Sequence record: LR588166.1
Strand: one strand, 5' to 3'
Length of the DNA: 64,000 bases
Shown: positions 39,241 through 47,468 of the stretch, in pieces
How the letters are laid out: each line of letters begins with the position of its first letter
Position numbering within the stretch: the first letter of the stretch is position 1
Notes under the pieces: generated by a model
The model's database searches: none
Seen by the model: only the letters and a program-made list of their open reading frames with translations
Told to the model about the DNA's origin: nothing
Position numbers and translations under genes: made by a program

Positions 39241-39612
39241 ATGTTCAAATGCAAATTGTTTGTAGTAGATCCTGTTTATAACAACCTTTGCTACACTCAA
39301 CAAATATGGCTCGATAGTGACATAAATGTGTGTAGCCAAATAAAGCGTATTATTTCTGACGTAGAATTGGCATGCGCAAACAGGATAGTAAATAATCCTC
39401 ATAGTCCACTATGCGTTAAATCGGCAGCATTAAAAATGGTTATGGACGGGCGCATTGACATCGAACTCAAAGATGTCGATAGTTACGTTGATCAATATAA
39501 AGACATTCTTCCTAGCACAAATATTTTGGGTGTTTTTAAACCGACGTTTTTATCTAACTGGAAAGAAGAGTGTGAACTTTATTTCCTCACTTGTGTTGAA
39601 AAAGACAATTAA
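39241..39612 (+). CDS. hypothetical protein
   Basis: AGGAG RBS before ATG 39241. Confidence 0.8.
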   Translation: MFKCKLFVVDPVYNNLCYTQQIWLDSDINVCSQIKRIISDVELACANRIVNNPHSPLCVKSAALKMVMDGRIDIELKDVDSYVDQYKDILPSTNILGVFKPTFLSNWKEECELYFLTCVEKDN

Positions 39613-39623
39613 TATAATATAAT

Positions 39624-39911
39624 ATGGAATATGATTTAAAAAATATTGTTTCGAAGACTATCTTATCTAATAAAATTAAGATAGTCTCTTTACGTACTGT
39701 AGTAAAAACTCAGTATAAAAGAGTAGACTTCCATTATAAGATAGAATGTGAAAATAGTTCTGCAAAACGTAATTTGGTGCTTGCCCGTATATGCAAACCA
39801 TTAGAACACACATTAGGTTCAAAACTTGTTTATGTAGATATTGTGCCTATCAAGTTTAAGAAAGATGAAATGCCATCTACTATTCTATCAGTAAGTGTAA
39901 TGACCGATTGA
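39624..39911 (+). CDS. hypothetical protein
   Basis: 95 aa ORF. Confidence 0.65.
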   Translation: MEYDLKNIVSKTILSNKIKIVSLRTVVKTQYKRVDFHYKIECENSSAKRNLVLARICKPLEHTLGSKLVYVDIVPIKFKKDEMPSTILSVSVMTD

Positions 39912-40062
39912 TATTTGGATTTGATATCTGGAAATATAATAGTAATTCTTATTTGCAATTATAATAAATTCTTGTTTACTTTTAAAATAAAAGCAAATTC
40001 TAGTTGCATAGCTAGCGGCACTGTGCTAGTATATTAAAAAATAAAGACAGGAGTGTTATTAC

Positions 40063-40245
40063 ATGCAAACCAAAGCAACCGAGTTGGCAGTAGGCGATGT
40101 TGTTTTCTACAACGGCATGAAAATGACTATCCAGAAAATTTCTAAAGGTCGGTGTGCAATAGATATTACACTAGTAAATACTTTGGCTAAACTCACATCT
40201 TATGTGACAGTCGACTACGACGAAGAATTTGAAGAAGTATTATAA
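40063..40245 (+). CDS. small beta-barrel-like hypothetical protein
   Basis: TTGCAT-17-TAGTAT promoter; AGGAG RBS; LAVGDVVFYNG. Confidence 0.75.
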   Translation: MQTKATELAVGDVVFYNGMKMTIQKISKGRCAIDITLVNTLAKLTSYVTVDYDEEFEEVL

Positions 40246-40262
40246 TGCAGAAATTATAGTCA

Positions 40263-40291
40263 TAAGAAAAGGGGCAATGCCCCTTTTCTTA
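40263..40291. terminator. bidirectional terminator between convergent genes
   Basis: TAAGAAAAGGGGC-AAT-GCCCCTTTTCTTA. Confidence 0.75.
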
Positions 40292-40528
40292 TAGTCCCAA
40301 CAAATGTTTGCCACTTTTGACTTGCATCATACGCACTTTCTTTTTGCGCATTTGCGTTCTTACGTTCAGGCTGTTGGGACCTTTGAAGCTATACAGTATT
40401 TCAGTAGTCCCGTCTTCATAGTTGCGTACCACATTTGCAACAATTTGACTGCCTTCCTGGAACGCTTCGATAAACACGCAGTAATTGAAATTTTCCTTGT
40501 TAGCGTTATGTGCGCGTAGTTGCATCAT
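40289..40528 (-). CDS. hypothetical protein (only minus-strand gene in the early region)
   Basis: Minus-strand CAGGAG RBS and TTGCAT...TATACT promoter at ~40568-40595. Confidence 0.7.
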   Translation of the reverse strand: MMQLRAHNANKENFNYCVFIEAFQEGSQIVANVVRNYEDGTTEILYSFKGPNSLNVRTQMRKKKVRMMQVKSGKHLLGL

Positions 40529-40882
40529 TTTCTGTTACTCCTGCGTTGTTTTGCTTTGTTATGTGTAGTATACGCTATGTGTGTACTAATGCAAGAATTT
40601 TCTTCCATTTTCTTTCAAATAAAATGTTATTAGCATCTATTCTGTTATAACATTTTCTACGACTTCATGTTTTGCAAATAAGAATTAATCGCATTTGCAT
40701 TCCTACCTATCTGCCTAAAATTTAGGCAGCCTGGGTGATTGTCTCCCCCCGCCCTATTACTGGTCTCTGTATAAAGATAATAGCACATTTGTATCTGCAT
40801 GCAAGCATTTTTTGTAGAATTTTTCTCTTGACATTCCTTGCTGTAGGCTACATTATGCACACACAGAGCAGGAGATACCATT

Positions 40883-41263
40883 ATGGCACTCATAGCATTA
40901 GTAGCAACCGCATATGACAAAGAAGGCGATAAGTTCGACTATGTTCGATATCTTAAAGCTCATATCAATTTTGTTTCTGCTCAAGATCAACTGAAAGAAT
41001 GGATCAAAAACAAAATTGATGCAAGTATAGCAGAAGTTAAAATCGGATTACGTGCAGAAATCGAAGTATTGGCCTATTTGGGAAACTATATAAGCCATAG
41101 TCAACGGATTATTAGTCCCGCTGGGATCATCATGTACATTGTTCTTGATGAGAAGTATGTTAATGAACTTCACGGTCAAATTTCTAATGCAATTGATTGT
41201 GAAGAAAAGAAACATGTAATAAAGAAAGAAGAAAACGTCACTTATATTGATTTTAAAAAATAA
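40883..41263 (+). CDS. hypothetical protein
   Basis: TTGACA-17-CATTAT promoter; AGGAG RBS. Confidence 0.8.
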   Translation: MALIALVATAYDKEGDKFDYVRYLKAHINFVSAQDQLKEWIKNKIDASIAEVKIGLRAEIEVLAYLGNYISHSQRIISPAGIIMYIVLDEKYVNELHGQISNAIDCEEKKHVIKKEENVTYIDFKK

Positions 41264-41299
41264 CTTGCATTAGCTGTAATGTATATGTATTATGTACTC

Positions 41300-41456
41300 A
41301 AGTTTGCAGCAAGACGTATTAATTTGTTTTGCTGTTAGTTGTAACTCCTGCTACCAAGTATGTGTTGAGCTAATGCTCCTGACTTGGTTCTTGGTACACT
41401 GGTTTGGGTGTACCGTTCTTGAGCTGCAAAGGGCTTGCCCGGCGCAGCTTTTTTTT
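41300..41456 (+). ncRNA. candidate sRNA (~155 nt)
   Basis: TTGCAT-17-TATTAT at 41265-41293; four hairpins; terminator with T8. Confidence 0.55.
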
Positions 41457-41536
41457 GACTAATATTATTCATTTGACAAAAAATAATAATTAAAAATATA
41501 ATAGCTTAGTGTATAACTTCCCATATTAGGCTAATT

Positions 41537-41908
41537 ATGAAATTTGTTATTGCTGCTATTGCATTGTCTTTGTCCACACTAGTTTCTGCAGAATCTATTT
41601 CTGAAGTTAAGATAACTAAAGAAACATGCCTTACACTTCTGGAATTATCTAAGATTCATGTTGATATGGTAGTAAATGAACATATGAATGCAATACAAAT
41701 TGCATCTCATATGGATATTGTATCTAATTTGTATAAGAATAATAATAGTAAATGGCTTGCATTCTTGCAGGCTCAAGCAAATATTTCAAAATTAATTGAT
41801 GACGTATATGAGTTTTCATCTACTGAAGAAAGAAAGATTATTCCTCTAGCCATATTTAACGGTTGTATGGAAAGAGTTGGTAATACTTTTGAAATATATA
41901 AGAAATAA
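41537..41908 (+). CDS. secreted/periplasmic protein
   Basis: Signal peptide MKFVIAAIALSLSTLVSA; Cys pair. Confidence 0.75.
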   Translation: MKFVIAAIALSLSTLVSAESISEVKITKETCLTLLELSKIHVDMVVNEHMNAIQIASHMDIVSNLYKNNNSKWLAFLQAQANISKLIDDVYEFSSTEERKIIPLAIFNGCMERVGNTFEIYKK

Positions 41909-41909
41909 T

Positions 41910-42221
41910 ATGTATGTATATGTAGTCCACGGAATAGTCAATACAGGCGTTGAGACTAATATTTGTGATATAGAACGTTACGTTACAGTTAACGACTTCC
42001 ATGCTGTAGCAAAGTTTCTTAATTTTAAAGAACATATAGCAGCAAACCCAAACTTATATATACGATTAATTACTACTGGATTGAATACTAAAAAGAACAT
42101 ATTAGAATTAAACTTATCGAAAAAAGAATATGTAGTATCGGGTTTTAGAGTTACATCAACTAATATAAATGAATGCATTGAATATTACCTGTGTAGAAGG
42201 ATATTTAAGTTACATGATTGA
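41910..42221 (+). CDS. hypothetical protein
   Basis: ATG 1 nt after upstream stop. Confidence 0.65.
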   Translation: MYVYVVHGIVNTGVETNICDIERYVTVNDFHAVAKFLNFKEHIAANPNLYIRLITTGLNTKKNILELNLSKKEYVVSGFRVTSTNINECIEYYLCRRIFKLHD

Positions 42222-42553
42222 ATTTATATTAAAATCCCTTTTATTAACTTCAGTTGTCAGTGTTGGCATACTACTGATATTCATTATTATTTCACTGTTA
42301 ATGTTTGGCTTAGCACCGATAGTTCCATTCCTTATTTAATTTTAATTATTTGCAAGCAAATGCAAATGCGAACAATTCTTATTATCCAGCAGGCCACTGT
42401 ACCTAATCTTCGTTAGATAAAATCTATTAGAATCTACACAGTCCATTAAAACGTTCAATTGTACATGGTGGCCAGATCTGCATATACTACACACATGAAG
42501 CAAGCAAACAGCGCTTCATAAACAAACCCAAATACAGCTAGGAGTTCCAAATC

Positions 42554-42991
42554 ATGACCAAAGCAACCGTTACCGTCGAGCAATCCGCAATCAAACTGGT
42601 CCGCCGCAACCTGGAAGGGCACCGGCAAGCCCTGCTGCTGAACGGCGTCGAAGTAGGCAGCAGCGAAGCGTTCTACAAGACCAAAACCCAGCGCACCTGG
42701 TCGGCGAAGATCGACGCCAACATCAACGGCAAGGACATCGTCCTCGAACAGAAAGGTGTGTTCAGTGCGATCCGGATCGCCCGGGCGATGGAACAAGCAA
42801 TCCTGTTCATCCTGACCGACGGCAAAGAAGGCTCCGAGATGCCGGCTAGCACGCTGAGCAAGGAAGAACAAGCCCACAACCTGGTCAAGGCAGTAGTCCA
42901 GGTCGCCGCCCACGCTGTCCAGTCCGGCGCCGCTGCCCCGGCGAAGAAAGGCAGCTCGAAGAAGCGCAAAGAAGCCCAGCCGGAAGCATAA
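42554..42991 (+). CDS. VFSAIRI-family protein 3 with Ala/Lys tail
   Basis: AGGAG RBS; KTQRTWSA ... EQKGVFSAIRIAR. Confidence 0.85.
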   Translation: MTKATVTVEQSAIKLVRRNLEGHRQALLLNGVEVGSSEAFYKTKTQRTWSAKIDANINGKDIVLEQKGVFSAIRIARAMEQAILFILTDGKEGSEMPASTLSKEEQAHNLVKAVVQVAAHAVQSGAAAPAKKGSSKKRKEAQPEA

Positions 42992-43004
42992 TCCGGACTA
43001 CACC

Positions 43005-43030
43005 GAGAAAGCACCGAAAGGTGCTTTCTC
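43005..43030 (+). terminator. intrinsic terminator with GAAA loop
   Basis: GAGAAAGCACC-GAAA-GGTGCTTTCTC. Confidence 0.8.
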
Positions 43031-43147
43031 TATGACTGTTAATAGCAAATATTCTTATTTACATCTAATCTGAAATAATAATAACTCTTATTTACAAATC
43101 ATACTGAATAGTGTATTTTACACACTAAACATTGTAGGTAATACAAA

Positions 43148-43636
43148 TTGAATATATTTGTGACTGACACAAATCCTTATGTATGTGCCAAACATCATTG
43201 TGATGTTCATCTAAGAAAGATGATAGTAGAAACAGCACAATTGTTAAGCACTACTCATTATATAATAAACGGATATACTCCTGCATATAAACCTACTCAT
43301 AAAAATCACCCATGTGCCGTTTGGATTAGAGAAAGTTCAAATAACTATAAATGGACTTATGAACTTCTTACAAGTCTTATAAATGAATTTGAATATAGAT
43401 TTGACAAACAACATGCAACTAAAATTCACCTTTCGTCATTAAAAACTATACCAAAACTCCCTAATATAGAAAGAACAGAGTTTGTCTTAGTTATGCCAGA
43501 CGAATTTAAAACAGATAATGTAACACATTCATATCAGATATATTTGAATAACAAATTTAAAGAATGGGCATCGAGATCTAACAGACCCATTTATGCTACA
43601 TATACAAAGACACCTAAACCATATTTTATTAGTTGA
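43148..43636 (+). CDS. denV: pyrimidine-dimer DNA glycosylase / endonuclease V-like protein
   Basis: MNIF...HCDVHLRKMIVETAQLLS ... YKPTHKNHPCAVW; TTG start. Confidence 0.8.
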   Translation: MNIFVTDTNPYVCAKHHCDVHLRKMIVETAQLLSTTHYIINGYTPAYKPTHKNHPCAVWIRESSNNYKWTYELLTSLINEFEYRFDKQHATKIHLSSLKTIPKLPNIERTEFVLVMPDEFKTDNVTHSYQIYLNNKFKEWASRSNRPIYATYTKTPKPYFIS

Positions 43637-43708
43637 AATATAATAAAAATGATTGACATGTACATAAGATCATATTATGCTGTATAAAACAGCAAGGAGT
43701 AGATATAC

Positions 43709-43942
43709 ATGTACCGCAAACTGAATACAAATCCGCGCCCAATGCCAAAAACAAAGGCAATTCCAACTAAATTTGTCATTCAGTACACTGCACGGAATAA
43801 AGCAACAGAAAGTTTGTTCAAAAAAAGAACTATTACATTACATGCGTTTGGGCGTCTCGATGCACAAACACTCCTATCGAAACATATCCGAAAAAATAAT
43901 TTGGAATTAGGTGTAATTATTGATTTCGGTGAAACAGTTTAG
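43709..43942 (+). CDS. basic hypothetical protein
   Basis: TTGACA-17-TATGCT promoter; AAGGAG RBS. Confidence 0.75.
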   Translation: MYRKLNTNPRPMPKTKAIPTKFVIQYTARNKATESLFKKRTITLHAFGRLDAQTLLSKHIRKNNLELGVIIDFGETV

Positions 43943-43950
43943 TTAGTAAC

Positions 43951-44021
43951 AAAGGAAAGGGGAATTAATCCCCTTTCCTTTTATTAAGTCAAATGCAAAT
44001 ACAAATTATTCTTATTTGCAC
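43951..44021 (+). terminator. terminator + Fur-like box cassette
   Basis: AAAGGAAAGGGGA-ATTAA-TCCCCTTTCCTTTT then TGCAAATACAAATTATTCTTATTTGCAC. Confidence 0.8.
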
Positions 44022-44102
44022 AGATCAGACCCTGTTGTATTCTCCATTACGTGGTGCTACACTGTAAACAGTTGCACAAAACCATAAGCAGGAGTGTTAA
44101 AA

Positions 44103-44399
44103 ATGAACCAAGTGAATAACACCGAAGAGATGGCGTACATCCGCAATCTGCTTCAGTCTGAAGATGCAGTAAAATACTTTGCTCGCAAAGTCAACGACCT
44201 CATCGGCAAAGAGGCATTCGAGCGGCTCCTTAACGGCTTGTCCTACGAGGAGAATGTGGCACTGAACCTGATGATCGAAAACAATCTCGTTAGCTTGCAC
44301 AGCGATGGCTTTGTCGGTATCAAGTTCGATCTCAAACTGGAAGACGTGCGGTCAGACGTCGACTTCACCGACGAAGGCTTCGAGCTAGAGGAAGAGTGA
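44103..44399 (+). CDS. acidic hypothetical protein
   Basis: TTGTAT-17-TACACT promoter; AGGAG RBS; host-like codons. Confidence 0.8.
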   Translation: MNQVNNTEEMAYIRNLLQSEDAVKYFARKVNDLIGKEAFERLLNGLSYEENVALNLMIENNLVSLHSDGFVGIKFDLKLEDVRSDVDFTDEGFELEEE

Positions 44400-44536
44400 T
44401 GGCTTACTACAATGAATTCTGAATACTGAAAAGTGCCTAAGAAGTAATTCCAGTTGTATCTAAAACACTATATGTTATTATACATATAGTGTTTTTATTT
44501 CTTATAATTATATTCAATAATAATGGTAAAATATAT

Positions 44537-44860
44537 ATGATTGAAGTAATTAAATGCATTATATGTAATGAATCACCCCGACCCGGTGCATTTGCAGCAT
44601 TTATTACTCAAATGCGTCAAGTAGTAAAACCTCATGCAACTATAACTAGTTGGAATATTCTGCCCGGCATTAATGATGATCCAACTAGTTATATTCATGC
44701 ATTCAGTATAAAATCAAAAACAGCATACGATATTAATCAAGCGATTACCTTATTACTAATGTCATTATATAATGCTAGTGAATATAAGACTAACTACATA
44801 CCTACTTCGTTTAAAGACTATGAATCTACAATAAAGCATTTATCTAAGATCAAACAATAG
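44537..44860 (+). CDS. hypothetical protein
   Basis: ATG at 44537. Confidence 0.6.
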   Translation: MIEVIKCIICNESPRPGAFAAFITQMRQVVKPHATITSWNILPGINDDPTSYIHAFSIKSKTAYDINQAITLLLMSLYNASEYKTNYIPTSFKDYESTIKHLSKIKQ

Positions 44861-44924
44861 CCAGTTGCATATTTACAAATATACATGTATGCTAATATGT
44901 ATACACAATCATGAGTACAATATC

Positions 44925-45080
44925 ATGACAAAAGAAATTGCTTTTACTGAAGGATTAAAAGCAGGCGCTCAAATAAAAGAAGGCAAAGCTATCCTAACTG
45001 ACTTCTTTCGATATTTCAATTCCTTACCAACTAATATGAGAACTTCTTTTATTATCGGTATCAAAACCGGTAGGAACTAA
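44925..45080 (+). CDS. small hypothetical protein
   Basis: MTKEIAFTEGLKAG. Confidence 0.55.
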   Translation: MTKEIAFTEGLKAGAQIKEGKAILTDFFRYFNSLPTNMRTSFIIGIKTGRN

Positions 45081-45167
45081 TAAGCATATTAATTTTCATA
45101 TTTTGGTAGACAAAGGTACTCACTGGATGCATACTGTATACATACAGAACATACGGAGTACAAAGGG

Positions 45168-45437
45168 ATGGACGCGCACTGCCTGCTTAGCCTTATCGAA
45201 GACCTCCCTATAGCTGTCTTCGGTAGCACAATGGATATTGTTCATCGAGTCAATTTTGAAGCTCTGGACAATGCCGCGCACACCGACGGAGTAAAAGTCC
45301 ACGAAGATGGAACCAACCGTTATACGGACGCTTTTGTTGATTGTTGGCTCCGCAGCGTCGAAACAGTTTTGGCCTGTTGCGATTTTGTGACTGAGGATGC
45401 CGCTAAGTGGTATACCGAGCACGGTGTCAAGTTTTGA
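45168..45437 (+). CDS. hypothetical protein
   Basis: GGAG RBS; GC-rich. Confidence 0.7.
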   Translation: MDAHCLLSLIEDLPIAVFGSTMDIVHRVNFEALDNAAHTDGVKVHEDGTNRYTDAFVDCWLRSVETVLACCDFVTEDAAKWYTEHGVKF

Positions 45438-45462
45438 CATCCTCTACCTGCGCCTGCAGATA

Positions 45463-45531
45463 AAAAGGTTGACGTAGACTAGCAATGGACACATAATAAT
45501 TACAACACAACCAGCCCAGGAGGGCAAAACT
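45463..45531 (+). promoter_or_regulatory. sigma70 promoter cassette, duplicated at ~46860-46932
   Basis: GTTGACGT-15-CATAATAATTACAAC.CAAC...AGC...GAGGGC. Confidence 0.75.
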
Positions 45532-45681
45532 ATGTGTAACATTCAATGCATGAACAGCAAAGCCGGCGAGTCCTACGCATGGATTTGGAGCGATAGTGAT
45601 AGCGATATCTGCTACGAAGTCATCTTCCGGCATGGCCAAGTCCTCACCCAGGTTTGGCTCGGCTATGATATCGTAGCCTAA
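45532..45681 (+). CDS. 49 aa hypothetical protein
   Basis: AGGAGG RBS; terminator AAGCCCCG/CGGGGCTT at ~45692-45714. Confidence 0.65.
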   Translation: MCNIQCMNSKAGESYAWIWSDSDSDICYEVIFRHGQVLTQVWLGYDIVA

Positions 45682-45730
45682 CACCAACTAAAGCCCCGTC
45701 CCAGGCGGGGCTTCACTGAAGGAAAGGATC

Positions 45731-45940
45731 ATGATCGAACAACTGAAAGACATGCTCGTAGCGCAACGCATGCGCATGAACCAACTCGAAAAACTGCGCT
45801 ACACCGGACGGGTCGCTAGCGAGTTGCATGCCCACGCCAGAGAATTGTGTGAAGCCTTGGAACTGGCAATTGCAAATGCCCAGTGCCTGGAAATGCGCAA
45901 GTTCGAAGAAGCCGCCCTGCACGCCCTGTTCGCACAATAA
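45731..45940 (+). CDS. hypothetical protein
   Basis: AAGGA RBS; GC-rich. Confidence 0.75.
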   Translation: MIEQLKDMLVAQRMRMNQLEKLRYTGRVASELHAHARELCEALELAIANAQCLEMRKFEEAALHALFAQ

Positions 45941-45973
45941 CCCACCACGCACAACCCGACAAGGAAACCAACC

Positions 45974-46465
45974 ATGAGCACTACCATCCCCGATTCGATT
46001 CATCCGAGTGACCTTCCCGAAATCAGCCAGGGGCTGGCTGATGGAACCTTCTTTGTCCGCCATTGGCTCAATGGCAAGGAATACGCCTACGTCGATCTCG
46101 GCAAAAGCGCCGAGTTCACTGGAGAATGGGGCGAGTATGGGCTGGACGTGGACAGCGCCGTTAGCTATCGAGACGGAGCTTCGAACACGATCGCTATGGC
46201 TGAAGCTGGCAGCCCGATTGCCAAGCAAGCTATGGAGATCGGAGAAGGCGTATTCATTCCTTCTGTTCTGGAACTGGCTCTTCTGTTCTCAGCAAATCAA
46301 GCAGGCGAGCTGTCTGGTTTCGCAGATCGCTGGTACTGGTCGAGTTCGCAGTACTCCGCCTGCGGCGCCTTCCGCATGCATTTCGGTGATGGCGAGGCTA
46401 GTGTCGCCATCAAGAGCAGCGCCTGGTTGGTCCGCCCCGTCCGCAAGATTCTCATTCTTCAGTAA
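45974..46465 (+). CDS. DUF1566 / Lcl C-terminal (C-type lectin fold) protein
   Basis: IPSVLEL ... WYWSSSQYSA..AF.MHF.DG......K.....VRPVR. Confidence 0.8.
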   Translation: MSTTIPDSIHPSDLPEISQGLADGTFFVRHWLNGKEYAYVDLGKSAEFTGEWGEYGLDVDSAVSYRDGASNTIAMAEAGSPIAKQAMEIGEGVFIPSVLELALLFSANQAGELSGFADRWYWSSSQYSACGAFRMHFGDGEASVAIKSSAWLVRPVRKILILQ

Positions 46466-46542
46466 TCTAGCCCCGGAGATAACACGATGAACCTGCACCT
46501 CTCCAAGCATTGTTTGCGCCAGTGCGCTACTAAGGAACAGTC

Positions 46543-46791
46543 ATGAGTATTGCAAGCTACCTCTTGTTGTCCACTATTGTCTTCAACAACAACACCTACG
46601 CTCGTTCGACGACAGTGGACACCATTGTGGTTCGTGACCTCAGCAAGGAAGACTGCGAGGCGCTCAAGCGTGAGCGCGAAGCAGTTGTGAAGAACATCCG
46701 GGCAAGGAACTTCGGTAGCTCTGGTGATACGAGCGGTATCGCCGTGGGCTTTTCCAAACACAGTTGCACAAAGATGGAGGGTACGAAATGA
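46543..46791 (+). CDS. small exported protein with Cys pair
   Basis: AAGGA RBS; hydrophobic N-terminus. Confidence 0.65.
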   Translation: MSIASYLLLSTIVFNNNTYARSTTVDTIVVRDLSKEDCEALKREREAVVKNIRARNFGSSGDTSGIAVGFSKHSCTKMEGTK

Positions 46792-46932
46792 CTCAACTGG
46801 CACCGGCGAGCAAACATTACTCGGAAGGTGCTAGCTGAACGACTGGCGGAACAATAAATAAAAGTTGACGTGTCCGGGCGAAGGGCGCATAATAATTACA
46901 ACGCAACACAGCAAGCCCCGGAGGGCGCAACC

Positions 46933-47133
46933 ATGAGCCAGATCGTAGATGTCAAGCAAATTGCAATTGATGCAAACCGTCGCCCTGCCTACAATGCGGT
47001 CATGGTGCGCTGGTTGATGCAGGAAGCTGAAATGCACCGTAGCTGTGGGCGCACCGCTACCCTGTTCTGCATCGTTCGCAACCGCCCCGACGGCACACAG
47101 CGCCAGCTCGTGCAGCTTGTGGCTAGCGAGTAA
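46933..47133 (+). CDS. hypothetical protein
   Basis: TTGACG-17-CATAAT promoter; GGAGG RBS; ATG 46933. Confidence 0.75.
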   Translation: MSQIVDVKQIAIDANRRPAYNAVMVRWLMQEAEMHRSCGRTATLFCIVRNRPDGTQRQLVQLVASE

Positions 47134-47163
47134 CCTCAATCACCCTATGCCCGGGAGGCCGTC

Positions 47164-47328
47164 ATGAATGCTGCACTGGCCAGACTTCAGAACGAACGTT
47201 GCATGTTACTTCGCCGGATGCTTTGCAGCAAATGGCACGGATTCTGTTTTGCAGGTCACCCCTGGGCAGAACAAACCCGCAATCTGCACAACGAATCCAA
47301 GTGCATCCGAGAACATTACAGTAAGTAA
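47164..47328 (+). CDS. 54 aa hypothetical protein
   Basis: GGAGG RBS; hand translation MNAALARLQNERCM... Confidence 0.6.
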   Translation: MNAALARLQNERCMLLRRMLCSKWHGFCFAGHPWAEQTRNLHNESKCIREHYSK

Positions 47329-47468
47329 TCCAAACCCACTGGATCTTACTGAGGATAAGATAATGACCTACGCAGAACTAATAAAGAAACTACATAACAT
47401 AGAAGCTGGTCATTATCTTTCCAATAATGAAGTTAAGTTTCAAAACACAGGCAAGCAGGAGAACTAAA

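Noticed and set aside
45974-46800. Complete diversity-generating retroelement
   Set aside because: No reverse transcriptase, Avd or adenine-variant template repeat found; the nearby AACAACAAC is unrelated coding sequence
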